Shown here: in pieces, positions 1-9,179 of the stretch
How positions within the stretch are numbered: position 1 is the first letter of the stretch
Layout: every line of letters begins with the position of its first letter
Assembly (NCBI GenBank): GCA_043805855.1
Contig: JAZDHP010000019.1
Location: 1-21,378 of the forward strand
Reading direction: 5' to 3'
Origin: Candidatus Micrarchaeota archaeon
Lineage (GTDB): Archaea > Micrarchaeota > Micrarchaeia > Norongarragalinales > UBA8480
Length of the DNA stretch: 21,378 bases
Position numbers and translations under genes: made by a program
The notes under the pieces: model-generated
What the model saw: the letters and a program-made list of their open reading frames with translations, nothing else
Database searches by the model: none
What the model was told of the DNA's origin: nothing

Positions 1-1140
1 TACGCCTACGGCTACGAGGGGCCAACGTACTGCACGCCAGCTACTCGTGATTTAACCGTATTGCTGCTCCAGGACTGTATAAACGTCATGAACAGCGAAG
101 GCAAAGGTGCGCCGTACGGCGAGAAAGACGTTAAGAAAATGTTAAACCACACAATTACCCGCGAGTACGGCGAGGTTACAGACGTTACTCCTGAAGTTCG
201 ATTTACTTTTTACAACGCTGGCCACATTTTAGGATCAAGTCAAGTTCACCTCCATGTTGGTGAAGGAATGCACAATTTAGTTTTCACTGGTGACTTAAAG
301 TACGGCCGCACTAAACTCCTCGACGCAGCAGACACGCGCTTCCCGCGCATTGAAACATTAATTATGGAAAGCACGTACGGCGGCAGCCACGATTTACAAC
401 CGCCAATTGAAGAAGGTGCTGCTAAAATAGCACGTATTGTACGTCAGACAATGGAACGACGGGGCAAAACTCTTATTCCCGTGTTTTCAGTTGGCCGCGC
501 GCAGGAAATTATGCTTATTCTCGAGGAACAGTTCCGCGAGGAAGATGGGATAAAAGTTTACATTGACGGCATGTGCAAAGAAGCAAACGCGATACATACT
601 GTGTATCCGGAGTATTTGCGTCACAATATCCGCCGCAGGATTTTGCAAAACGACTCTCCTTTTGACAAGCCGTTATTTTCGCATGTTGTGCCAAAGAACC
701 GTAAGGATATCGCAGAGTCTGAAGATCCTTCAGTTATAATCGCGCCTAGCGGTATGTTAACCGGCGGCACTAGTGTGGAATTCTTAAAAATGTTAGCTCA
801 CGACGAACGCAACTCTCTAATTTTCGTCGGCTACCAAGGCGCATCTTCTCTAGGTAGAAAAATACAAATGGGTTCAAAAGAAGTCCCGTTGTTAAATGAC
901 AAGAATAAACTTGACTCGCTGAAAATAAACTTCCAAGTTGAAAGCGCCGACGCGTTTTCAGGACACAGCGACAGGTTACAATTAATTTCCTACGTTCGCG
1001 CCCTAAGGCCAAAACCGCTTCGCATTTTAACAGTTCACGGCGAAGAATCAAAGTGCGACGACTTGTCACGCTCACTATCAAGAATAATCCACGTCGAATC
1101 CAGAGCACCAATGGACTTAGACACAACTAGGTTGAAGTAA
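1..1140 (+). CDS. fttA: Archaeal beta-CASP ribonuclease aCPSF1 / transcription termination factor FttA (C-terminal part; 5' end outside window)
   Basis: Frame open from base 1 (YAYGYEGPTYCTPATRDL). MBL/beta-CASP motifs NAGHILGS, FTGD, MESTYGG, PVFSVGRAQE, SGMLTGG, GYQ, FSGHSD, VHGE. Confidence 0.93.
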   Translation, partial: YAYGYEGPTYCTPATRDLTVLLLQDCINVMNSEGKGAPYGEKDVKKMLNHTITREYGEVTDVTPEVRFTFYNAGHILGSSQVHLHVGEGMHNLVFTGDLKYGRTKLLDAADTRFPRIETLIMESTYGGSHDLQPPIEEGAAKIARIVRQTMERRGKTLIPVFSVGRAQEIMLILEEQFREEDGIKVYIDGMCKEANAIHTVYPEYLRHNIRRRILQNDSPFDKPLFSHVVPKNRKDIAESEDPSVIIAPSGMLTGGTSVEFLKMLAHDERNSLIFVGYQGASSLGRKIQMGSKEVPLLNDKNKLDSLKINFQVESADAFSGHSDRLQLISYVRALRPKPLRILTVHGEESKCDDLSRSLSRIIHVESRAPMDLDTTRLK

Positions 1141-1186
1141 ACAAAAAAAGGGACTTTTAATATTCCACTTTTACTATTTACTTTAA

Positions 1187-1825
1187 ATGGCAAAGTTTGG
1201 TTCGCTTGAAGTTAGAACGTTCGGCAAAGGAAAAGAACGAATAACAGTAGCTGTTTTTCCAGGGCACGAATTTACCGCAGAGCACTTTGACCCTGCAAAA
1301 TTAGAACGCGTTTGGTGGTTAAGCAGCCGAGTCGGGTTGTTCAGCAATAAAAGTGCTAATGTTGCCTTTGTCGGAAAAGTTGCTGAGCCTACTATTGGGC
1401 TGGGTAACACTGCGCCGTTAAGCGCGGTTAACGAGGCAAAAATAGCTATGTATGCGAATCACGTTGCTAAGAAGCACGGTTTTCACGACATGGTAGTAGA
1501 CGAACCATTAGCAGTTTCTTTTAAACGTGGCGAAGCTCAAGTTTTTTACCGACGTTTCACGCCGAAATCCCACGCTCCCGCTTTAGATAAATTTGGGCAT
1601 TTAATTCCGGAACCAAAATTTCCCGCGCGTGAGCAACTGCACCGAATTGAGCTTTTTTTAAATAAACTGCGCAAAGAAGGGGTTACTCCGAAAGATATTG
1701 TAAATCCACGCGGCCAGACTCAATATTGCTTAGCAGACGATGGCAAAGTTCACTTCTTCGACGTTGAATTTTGGAAGCCAACAGAAAAATTAAAAAAACA
1801 ACTTAAACTGAGGAGACAAGAATGA
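1187..1825 (+). CDS. Hypothetical basic protein, possible divergent protein-kinase-like fold
   Basis: 212-aa ORF. Motifs in kinase order: VAFVGK (beta3 Lys), NEAK (helix C Glu), LRKEGVTPKD (catalytic-loop-like), DGKVHFFD (DFG-like). Stop overlaps the next start (ATGA). Confidence 0.55.
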   Translation: MAKFGSLEVRTFGKGKERITVAVFPGHEFTAEHFDPAKLERVWWLSSRVGLFSNKSANVAFVGKVAEPTIGLGNTAPLSAVNEAKIAMYANHVAKKHGFHDMVVDEPLAVSFKRGEAQVFYRRFTPKSHAPALDKFGHLIPEPKFPAREQLHRIELFLNKLRKEGVTPKDIVNPRGQTQYCLADDGKVHFFDVEFWKPTEKLKKQLKLRRQE

Positions 1826-2346
1826 AACTCGTAATTACTGGAATTCCTGGAAGTGGCAAAACAACGCTAGCAAAAGCACTTGCAACGAAGTTAGGAGTTG
1901 AGTATGTTGATCTTAATGCCGTCGCGAAGAAATTCGCTGTGAAGAAAAAAACTGGCAAGGAGTTTGAAATCAATTTGAAAAAGTTGCAAAGCGTTGTTAC
2001 AAAGATTTTACGAGGTAAAAAAGCGTTTATTGTTGACGGGCATCTCGCGGCGGAGATAAAGATTCCATGCGATTTAGTTGTTATTTTACGTTGCAACCCG
2101 CGTGTTTTGATGAAACGCTTACAAAAACGCAAATATAACGAGAAAAAGATTATCGACAACGCGTTGGCTGAAGCACAGGATTACTTTTCGTTGAAAGTTG
2201 AAGAAAATTACGGCAAAAAATTCATCGAAGTTGACTCTACGCGGGTAATTTCTGCGTCTAAATTGTTGTTTTTGATTTCACATCGCAAATCAACCAAAAT
2301 AAACTGGGGCAAAGAGTTACTGTGGTTTGCTTCGCAAGGTTTATAA
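1822..2346 (+). CDS. Adenylate kinase, AK6/Fap7 (hCINAP-like) family
   Basis: ITGIPGSGKTT P-loop, hhhDGH motif, VVILRCNP..L.KRL..RKY...KI.DN..AE pattern typical of the AK6/Fap7 family. Confidence 0.85.
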   Translation: MKLVITGIPGSGKTTLAKALATKLGVEYVDLNAVAKKFAVKKKTGKEFEINLKKLQSVVTKILRGKKAFIVDGHLAAEIKIPCDLVVILRCNPRVLMKRLQKRKYNEKKIIDNALAEAQDYFSLKVEENYGKKFIEVDSTRVISASKLLFLISHRKSTKINWGKELLWFASQGL

Positions 2347-2389
2347 GCTTTTAACCTATAAAACGTACTCACGAGGTTATTTATTTTTT

Positions 2390-2524
2390 ATGCAAATTAC
2401 GCCCATGTTATTGAAAAAAGAAAAAGAAAACGTTGAAGACGACAAGGAAGACGAAGATTGGGACGAAGAAGAATGGGAAGATGACGACTTCGACGAAGAC
2501 GAACTAGAGGAAGAAGAAGAGTAA
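2390..2524 (+). CDS. Small, highly acidic protein (44 aa)
   Basis: ATG 2390 preceded by GAGGT (SD-like) and a TTTATAA box near 2340. Encodes MQITPMLLKKEKENVEDDKEDEDWDEEEWEDDDFDEDELEEEEE. Confidence 0.5.
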   Translation: MQITPMLLKKEKENVEDDKEDEDWDEEEWEDDDFDEDELEEEEE

Positions 2525-2570
2525 CTTTTATTTAATTCGCCTTGTTCAGCCCACCATTTGCTTTTTTTTG

Positions 2571-2627
2571 TTTAACAAAGCACCAAAGCTTTGTTAAAGC
2601 CTTACACTTTGTTAGGCAAAGTGTAAG
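2571..2627. repeat. Two adjacent perfect 11-bp inverted repeats between convergent genes (terminator-like or REP-like)
   Basis: TTTAACAAAGC-accaaa-GCTTTGTTAAA (2571-2598) and CTTACACTTTG-ttagg-CAAAGTGTAAG (2601-2627), flanked by T-rich DNA. Confidence 0.7.
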
Positions 2628-2682
2628 TTATTTTTCTTAATTTTGTCTTGTATTTAATTTTTCTATTTTTTATTACTATTTT

Positions 2683-3342
2683 TTAAAATAGTTTTTTACC
2701 TTCGCCTTCTAGCTGTTGCCCTGCTTCTCTAAGTTGCATTAACTGCAACGTGTTCACGTCGGTTGGGATAATGGCGTCTTTTTTTATTTCTAGTTTAGCG
2801 AAGAAGTTAAACGCGAAGTTTTCAGTTGCTTCCCTTGCTTTTACAAACTTAGTTGCTGGCAGTGTAATTTCAATAAAATCTCCAAAGTCGTCAATACTGT
2901 AAACCATTATTGTAATTATCCCTGCGCTGAACTGCCATATTGTTAAACCGCGGTCAAATGCTTTTTTGTACCCGAATTTTTCTAAGTAAGGTTGAATTGT
3001 GTAAGCGCTTGCGACGTCTAAATTTAGTTTTTCATCTTCTTGAATCATGTATCCGTCGAACAATAGCGTTTCGTTTTCAGTTTTTGTATCTACTCTAACA
3101 GTAAAGTACGCGTTTACATTTTCCCCATATTCTTTATAGTAAACCGTTTCGGTAAATTCGCCACCGCCAACAAACCGTGCTTTGTGCCGTAATTGGTTGA
3201 TGTACTTTTCCGCGTCGTCAACAGGAGCGATTAACCTAGCTTCTGGAATTTTCCATTTTAATTCATGTTGCGGCGGTTTTTTCTTCTGAAATAAGTTCAA
3301 TACGCTTGCAAACGGCGATGATAACTGAGATAGTTCTGGCAT
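2683..3342 (-). CDS. CYTH-domain (class IV adenylate cyclase-like) protein, degenerate
   Basis: QHELKW resembles ExExK. Followed by ETVYY, TVRV, LEKFGYK and IDDFGDFIEI in CYTH order. Confidence 0.6.
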   Translation of the reverse strand: MPELSQLSSPFASVLNLFQKKKPPQHELKWKIPEARLIAPVDDAEKYINQLRHKARFVGGGEFTETVYYKEYGENVNAYFTVRVDTKTENETLLFDGYMIQEDEKLNLDVASAYTIQPYLEKFGYKKAFDRGLTIWQFSAGIITIMVYSIDDFGDFIEITLPATKFVKAREATENFAFNFFAKLEIKKDAIIPTDVNTLQLMQLREAGQQLEGEGKKLF

Positions 3343-3360
3343 ATTTGACCACTTTTTTAC

Positions 3361-5607
3361 TCACAAGGCGTTGTTTTCGTCTTGTGGGTTTTTCTTCATG
3401 TAAAACAAATACGCCGCGCCTATTAAAATTATCACTAGACTGCCTGCAATTGCCCAAGTTTTAACATCATCTTTTCCACTTGCAGTTGCCAGGCCGGTTG
3501 CCTTTGTAGCTTCTTCTAAGGTTGCCTTGTTTTGCTTTTGTGCAGTTTGCAACGCCATTGTGTACTTTCCATCTTCCCATTGTTTTGAAGCGTCTTGCGG
3601 AGCGCTTCCGCGTTCCTCTGCAATTGCAATTTCCACGCTTGCCTTGCGCTGTACGGCGGTAATCGCTTCATTCATTGTATCAATGCTTTTTTTCACTTCA
3701 GCAGCTTTTTCCGCTGTCGGGTTTTTCGCTAATTCTTTTGCCTTTTGTTCGGCTACTTTAAGCGCGTTTTCAAACGAAATTTGCTCTAAACTTTTTTTGG
3801 TTTTGTCAGTTGAGTAAAAAGCGTTTACTCCGTTAGTTTTCACTTCTTCAAGCTGTGCTAAAATTGAAGTTACGTCAACACTGTTATTGTTGCTAGTTTG
3901 AATTGCGTTTATGATGTTGCTAGCGTTTTTGCTTGTATTGTTGGTAATTGTTTCGTTTGTTATTCGCTTCGACGCGGCGTTGATAAGCAAGCGCATTTTG
4001 TCCTCTATTGTGTTTACATCTGCAATAAATAGCGCGATATTTTCTCCATTATCTACAAAGTTGCGCCGTAGTTCGGCAACTGCGTTTTCTTCAGTTGCAG
4101 TAAATAGGTTTTGCTTATCAAGTTCATTTACATTTGCGTACATTTCACGTAGGTATTTGTATTTATCTTCGATTAATTGAAAGAGAATTGTTTTTGCGCT
4201 TTGCATTTGCTGTTCTAGTGTAATTAACTCGCCGGCGTTGCTTACGTTGTCAACAAGTGCGTAGATGCTTTTCAATGCGCTGGTTATTTCGCTTGCGCCG
4301 TTTACGTTTTTCGCCTCTGCATCCATTGAAATGCGCTGCAACGAGCGAATTTCAATTTTGAGCTTTAATTTATCTTCTTCAGTTAAGTTGTTAGTGTAAA
4401 TGCGGCGTAAATCAGCTAGTGTTTTTGTAAGTAAATTTAGACTTTGTATTTTGTCGTAAATTGTTTCTCCTATTTTAAAGTTGGAAATTGTTTTTGTAAT
4501 AAGGCTTTTTCCAATTGGCTTGTCGATTTTTCCAGCTTCGAAAATTTCGTGCTGTGTTTTTTCCTCTATTTGCGTCAATATTGCGTTTGCCTGTGTGAAA
4601 CTTTCTATTGCGGCTGTTTTTGAAACTGTTGTTTTGTCAAGTGCGGAATTGTAGTTGTTTATTTTGTTAGCTGTTCTTCCTCTTGCGTTGTAATTGCTTG
4701 CAGTTTTTTGTAACACTTTAGCTTGTTCTAGCAATGTTTCGCTTTCTTCAATTAAACCAGCGGGGGATTGTGAACGCGTTTCATCAATTACTATATTTTC
4801 ACTTGCAGTTAATTCCAATTGCTTTATGTAAAACGCATCTAGGTTTTGCAGTTCTTCTTTCTTAGCTTCTTTTAACTTTTCTTCAATTTCGCTTGTCTCT
4901 ATTGTAATTTGTGCAACACGTTGTTCAACAATTGTCTTTAGCTCCAGTTGCTTTTCGCGTAATTTAATTGTTAGTTCTTGTAATTGTGCGTTTAGCCCAT
5001 CTTGCGAAATTATTTCTATTACAGTTGCTCCTACTTTTCCAGCTTGACGGTTTTTAATATTTGTAATTGCACTTAGCATGCTTTGCTGTAATTTAGTAAA
5101 GGTTTCGCCTAGTTTGCCAACTCCGTTTTCAGCTTCGCGGCAAGTTACCAAAAGTGTTTCACTTGGGCCTACGAAGTTATCGCCAATTTCAAAGTCCATT
5201 TTTTCAATTTCTGCATCTGTTTCAGTTGCAGTTGCTTGTGTTAACTCAAGGGATTTTTTCAACGCGCTTGCAACTGTGATTGTACACTCGTAGCCAGCTG
5301 CGGCACGTATTGGTGGGCTAACTCCTAAATACATTTGTACTTGCGCCATTGTTTTTGCAAAAGCCAAATCTTGTTTTATTGCTGTAACTTTTTCCTGCGC
5401 TTCTGGCTTTTCAAGTTTAACTTCTTGAAATTCAGCTTGGTTTTGCATCGGGCTACAGTCGTTCCAAAGTGCGGTATCTATTGGCGTGTCAAAATATGGC
5501 GACGGGATTAGTTGCGCTAAAGCGCCCGCGTTTACAATTGCGCTGGTAGTTAGGGTTAGTATAACCGTTAGTAGCGTAGTTAGTAGAATTGTTGTTGTGG
5601 TTTTCAT
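3361..5607 (-). CDS. Large alpha-helical/coiled-coil surface protein with N-terminal signal peptide and C-terminal membrane anchor (748 aa)
   Basis: Likely start ATG 5607 (MKTTTTILLTTLLTVILTLTTSA). Body is E/K/Q/A-rich and helical. C-terminal TGLA, then TM WAIAGSLVIILIGAAYLFY and basic MKK. Confidence 0.7.
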   Translation of the reverse strand: MKTTTTILLTTLLTVILTLTTSAIVNAGALAQLIPSPYFDTPIDTALWNDCSPMQNQAEFQEVKLEKPEAQEKVTAIKQDLAFAKTMAQVQMYLGVSPPIRAAAGYECTITVASALKKSLELTQATATETDAEIEKMDFEIGDNFVGPSETLLVTCREAENGVGKLGETFTKLQQSMLSAITNIKNRQAGKVGATVIEIISQDGLNAQLQELTIKLREKQLELKTIVEQRVAQITIETSEIEEKLKEAKKEELQNLDAFYIKQLELTASENIVIDETRSQSPAGLIEESETLLEQAKVLQKTASNYNARGRTANKINNYNSALDKTTVSKTAAIESFTQANAILTQIEEKTQHEIFEAGKIDKPIGKSLITKTISNFKIGETIYDKIQSLNLLTKTLADLRRIYTNNLTEEDKLKLKIEIRSLQRISMDAEAKNVNGASEITSALKSIYALVDNVSNAGELITLEQQMQSAKTILFQLIEDKYKYLREMYANVNELDKQNLFTATEENAVAELRRNFVDNGENIALFIADVNTIEDKMRLLINAASKRITNETITNNTSKNASNIINAIQTSNNNSVDVTSILAQLEEVKTNGVNAFYSTDKTKKSLEQISFENALKVAEQKAKELAKNPTAEKAAEVKKSIDTMNEAITAVQRKASVEIAIAEERGSAPQDASKQWEDGKYTMALQTAQKQNKATLEEATKATGLATASGKDDVKTWAIAGSLVIILIGAAYLFYMKKNPQDENNAL

Positions 5608-5728
5608 GCGTTTGCTAATGTCAGCGCGTTTCAAAAGCGTTGTGGGGTAAATAGTGGACGAATGGAAAAGGGTAGTTTTCCCCTGTTGAAGCGGAAGGCA
5701 TTAATTGTTTTTCTGCGTTTGTATTTAC

Positions 5729-6259
5729 ATGCGTTTATTCAAACACGGCGATTCACTGGCAATAGTTGTTCCAGATGCTATTTGTAAAAAGTTGAACTTG
5801 AAGGAAAATACTGAACTTGAATTTTTTGAAGTTGAAAACGGACTTTTTGTTGCTGCTACGAAAGAGTACATTGCTGAAAAGCTGAAGAAAACAATTGCTC
5901 CTTTGTTGCAAGTTGCTTCTGCTGCTTCCAAGGTGCCGGCAGTAGTGAAGCCACAGTTGCTTACTTTTTCTTCAGAGGGGGAGGCGCGCGTTGCGTCGCA
6001 AAAAGTCGAGCAATTTATGCGTAAGGGTGAAATGCTCGCTGTTTTTGGTATTGATAAGAAGTATTATTTAGTTTCTTCTGAGTTTTTTGAAAAAATTTCA
6101 GCAAAACTTTCTCCAGTTCTAGAAAAGGAAAAAACTCTCATGCAGTTGGCTACTGAAAGCGGCGTAAATCAGCGGGAAGTTATTCCAGTTTTATCCGCAA
6201 TGAAAGAACGCGGGGAAGTAATTGAAAAGCGAAAGGGAAACTTTCTGCTGGTAAAGTAA
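5729..6259 (+). CDS. AbrB/MazE/SpoVT-family DNA-binding protein with C-terminal winged-helix-like domain
   Basis: Likely start ATG 5729: MRLFKHGDSLAIVVPDAICKKLNLKENTELEF (AbrB pattern). C-terminal KTLMQLATESGVNQREVIPVLSAMKERGEVIE is HTH plus wing. Confidence 0.75.
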   Translation: MRLFKHGDSLAIVVPDAICKKLNLKENTELEFFEVENGLFVAATKEYIAEKLKKTIAPLLQVASAASKVPAVVKPQLLTFSSEGEARVASQKVEQFMRKGEMLAVFGIDKKYYLVSSEFFEKISAKLSPVLEKEKTLMQLATESGVNQREVIPVLSAMKERGEVIEKRKGNFLLVK

Positions 6260-6308
6260 TTGTAAAAATAAAGCGATTGTTAATGTAATTGCGCTTTGCT
6301 GCTGTTTT

Positions 6309-6464
6309 CTAAATTAGGAAGTGTAATGCGAGTTCTAAAATTATTACTGCTACGCATAGTCCGACAATTGCCTTTGGGTCAACTTGAATGTTTGAGCTGG
6401 ATACGTCGTAGAATCGAATTAAACCAGCGCTTGTTGCCGGTGCTTGTACTTTTTCTTGTGACAT
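6309..6464 (-). CDS. secG: Preprotein translocase subunit Sec61beta (archaeal SecG); not in the ORF track
   Basis: Hand translation MSQEKVQAPATSAGLIRFYDVSSSNIQVDPKAIVGLCVAVIILELALHFLI* (51 aa). Has the SAGLIRFYD..I..DP signature plus one TM helix; GGT-type SD upstream. Confidence 0.92.
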   Translation of the reverse strand: MSQEKVQAPATSAGLIRFYDVSSSNIQVDPKAIVGLCVAVIILELALHFLI

Positions 6465-6557
6465 TTTACCACTATTATTTGTTTTGTCACTGTTCGTTTA
6501 AATACCCTTGTAAATATGCACGTTTTTAAAACCCGCGAGTGAAATAACTATTATAAC

Positions 6558-7475
6558 ATGGCTGAAACTAAGTCGCTTGTAAATGACATTGCTCACATTC
6601 TAGTGCTGCTTGTACTTTTGCTTGTATTGCTAGTAATTGTTACGAAGTTCAAAGTAATTCACCCGTCAGTTATTCCAGGCTGGCAAGGGGTGTTCTGTGA
6701 ATATGTTGAACAAAAACACTCTGTTGTTGGAATTGTTTACGGTTCTGACGGCCTAGGTAACCCTGAAGAGCTAGAGGTTATTTTGTCGCGCTTGCGACCA
6801 ACAATGCGCGTTGAAATGGTTAAGCTGGAAGACGTTTCCCCTGCGCTGTTGTCGCGCTATGAGGTCATAGTAATTGAACGTAGTCGTACTGTTCCATTTC
6901 GCTTTGTTAACACGCTTAGTGGTTATCTTGATGGCGGGGGTAGTTTAATTTGGACTGGCGACGCGATGTCAAACCAGGTACTTGGCAGTCGCGACATTAC
7001 GGAAGCTAACCAGCAGGATCAATTACGCTACGCCGCTTGGCTTAAACTGCCAGAAAATAAAGGTAAGGACTATACAGCGTGGCTTACTGAAAAATATGAA
7101 GGAAAAGAATATACTGCTTGGATTCAGGATAATAATGCAGAGCAAGGCGCATTTGGAGAATTTGGAAGCAATTATCTCGGCGCTTATCTCAAAACCGAGC
7201 GTTCAAACTCAGCAACGTCACTCGTGCCTGTGCTTACTGATCATTTGATTCTCTCTGGAATTCCAAAGTTTCAACTTCCACTAACTAACTTCGGCGTGGT
7301 AAACCAGAACGATGACTATAATATAATTGCTAATATTGAGCATAATGGAGAAATCGTTCCAGGTATTTTGGAAAAGAAATACGTTGGTAGAATCCTCTAC
7401 TTCGCGTTTCCCTTGGAAGTCATTGACAGCCCAACTTTCCTCGACAACATATTCGACTACCTGGTAACGTGTTGA
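6558..7475 (+). CDS. Membrane-anchored protein with class I glutamine amidotransferase-like (probably non-catalytic) domain
   Basis: N-terminal TM ILVLLVLLLVLLVIV. Motifs YEVIVI, YLDGGGSLIWTGD, DHLILSGI, GRILYFAF. Paralog of 9180-9998. Confidence 0.65.
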   Translation: MAETKSLVNDIAHILVLLVLLLVLLVIVTKFKVIHPSVIPGWQGVFCEYVEQKHSVVGIVYGSDGLGNPEELEVILSRLRPTMRVEMVKLEDVSPALLSRYEVIVIERSRTVPFRFVNTLSGYLDGGGSLIWTGDAMSNQVLGSRDITEANQQDQLRYAAWLKLPENKGKDYTAWLTEKYEGKEYTAWIQDNNAEQGAFGEFGSNYLGAYLKTERSNSATSLVPVLTDHLILSGIPKFQLPLTNFGVVNQNDDYNIIANIEHNGEIVPGILEKKYVGRILYFAFPLEVIDSPTFLDNIFDYLVTC

Positions 7476-7481
7476 TGTTGT

Positions 7482-8249
7482 ATGATTTTGCGTCCTAAAA
7501 GTTTAGAGCAAATGGAGCAACAATTAACTGCTATTCCTGAAGCGCAACGAAAAGTGATTGTTCTTGTTGGTAGGCACGTGAATGAAGGTACGGGTATACT
7601 TGCTTCTCGCCACCATAAAAGTTGGGAACAGCATGGTGCGGTTGTCGTGCATATTCCAAAGCACTGGACGCCCCATGGCCTGGCAAATATTGTTGTTAGG
7701 CGAAACCTTGACGAGTGTAGTTTTCGCAAGCTAGAGGCGCGCGTTGTTTCTGACGACGTAATTTGTAAGTTTCTTTACAAGCGTGGGTTTCGCCAGCCAA
7801 TTGTAAACTTGCACGGCACTCCGTTTGTTGATCAAACAAAAGACCGTACATTAGTTGGGTTTCTTTCTTCATCTTCGCAAATTCACGAACACAGCGGCTT
7901 TTTCCTGCATCCTGAAAAAGTTAAAACGCCAAATTACGTTTTAGCTGAATTTTTCTTCAAGGGAAGGGAGCCAAACAAGCGCTTGCGCGATTTATACGAA
8001 CAAGTTCGGAAATTCAGTTTGACTGGTGACAAAACGCCGGGAGTTGTTAATTTAAGTTTTGGCCACCTTTCTGGCCAAGCGGCTTTTAGCTATTTGCAAA
8101 AGCCACTTGCTGGGAAAACAGATTTGGATTTCTTTTCAAAACACCTCAATCCCTCTTTTGAAGGTTTCTTAGCACACCTAGCTGCGACTGGCTTGAAACG
8201 CACTGCAGTTAAACCAAAAGTTCCAAGATTTCTCCAGTTCGGCTTTTGA
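7482..8249 (+). CDS. MILRPK-family protein 1; putative M14/AstE-AspA-like Zn hydrolase fold
   Basis: VIVLVGRHVNEG (HxxE), IVNLHG, VLAEF, C-terminal LAHLAATGLK. Paralogous to 8290 and 15285. Confidence 0.6.
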   Translation: MILRPKSLEQMEQQLTAIPEAQRKVIVLVGRHVNEGTGILASRHHKSWEQHGAVVVHIPKHWTPHGLANIVVRRNLDECSFRKLEARVVSDDVICKFLYKRGFRQPIVNLHGTPFVDQTKDRTLVGFLSSSSQIHEHSGFFLHPEKVKTPNYVLAEFFFKGREPNKRLRDLYEQVRKFSLTGDKTPGVVNLSFGHLSGQAAFSYLQKPLAGKTDLDFFSKHLNPSFEGFLAHLAATGLKRTAVKPKVPRFLQFGF

Positions 8250-8289
8250 AGAGTAGATTTTATAGTAGATAAAAGGTAAATTAGATTAC

Positions 8290-9093
8290 ATGATTTTACG
8301 GCCGAAGAACTTGAAGGAAATGGAAGCGCAGTTACGTGCAGTTCCGGCGGACAAGAGAAAAGTTATTGTTTTGGTTGGTCGGCATCCGAATGAAGGGACG
8401 ACAAATATTGCGGTGCGCCATCATGACGATTGGGAAAAAGAAGGAGCAGTTGTTGTTCGAATTCCCGGTGAATGGACTCCGCACTTTATTTGGGATAAGG
8501 TTTTGAAAGGTAAATTTAACCAGAAAGCTCAAAAGGAAATGCGGCGCCGTTTGCTTTTTACTCCAAATGATCGCAAGGTTGAACGTTTTCTTTACGATTC
8601 TGGTTTTCAAGTTCCAATTGTAAGCTTTCATGGTACTTCGGCTAAAGATATTTTTGGAGTTAGCGAGAGCCACAGTGGAGAAATTAAATATGCCTTAGCT
8701 TTGAAATCACGGCTTCACGAACATCCCTTGTTTATTGCTAGTAAACATGCTAGTGGAAGCGACGCGCCGCCGAACGTGATGACTGTTGAATATTTTTACG
8801 ACAGCGTGTATAAAGATCCTAAATTACTGCGTTTGCGCTATGATCGTTTAGTGAAGTTAATCAGTCCAGAATTAGCTATTAAACTGCACCTTGGCCAAGA
8901 TGGACAAGCTGGACTTAAACCAAGGTATATTGAACATTCAACAATTTCTCGAAGCGCTTTGAACTTTTTTTCAAAGCATCACGCTGTCAATTTTAAAGAT
9001 GTATTAGCTCATTTGGCTAGCACTGGTTTAAAACAAAGGAAAGTGAAACCAGCGGTTCCTGACCCATATTGGGTTCTTGACGAGGTAATGTAG
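8290..9093 (+). CDS. MILRPK-family protein 2; putative M14/AstE-AspA-like Zn hydrolase fold
   Basis: VIVLVGRHPNEG, IVSFHG, MTVEY, LAHLASTGLK. Confidence 0.6.
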   Translation: MILRPKNLKEMEAQLRAVPADKRKVIVLVGRHPNEGTTNIAVRHHDDWEKEGAVVVRIPGEWTPHFIWDKVLKGKFNQKAQKEMRRRLLFTPNDRKVERFLYDSGFQVPIVSFHGTSAKDIFGVSESHSGEIKYALALKSRLHEHPLFIASKHASGSDAPPNVMTVEYFYDSVYKDPKLLRLRYDRLVKLISPELAIKLHLGQDGQAGLKPRYIEHSTISRSALNFFSKHHAVNFKDVLAHLASTGLKQRKVKPAVPDPYWVLDEVM

Positions 9094-9179
9094 CTTCCTT
9101 TTTAAACTCCTTCTGGGGAACAACGTATTTAAATGTCGTTTTTCTTAATTTATTCAAGATAAATGCTTATGGTGATAAT

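Noticed and set aside
2540..2556. CCTTGTTCAGCCCACCA resembling a tRNA 3' end or att site
   Set aside because: No T-loop or BHB upstream, no matching 5' half in the window and no integrase.
6296..6529. 77-aa plus-strand ORF
   Set aside because: Antisense shadow of the Sec61beta gene; TTG start, no recognisable motif.
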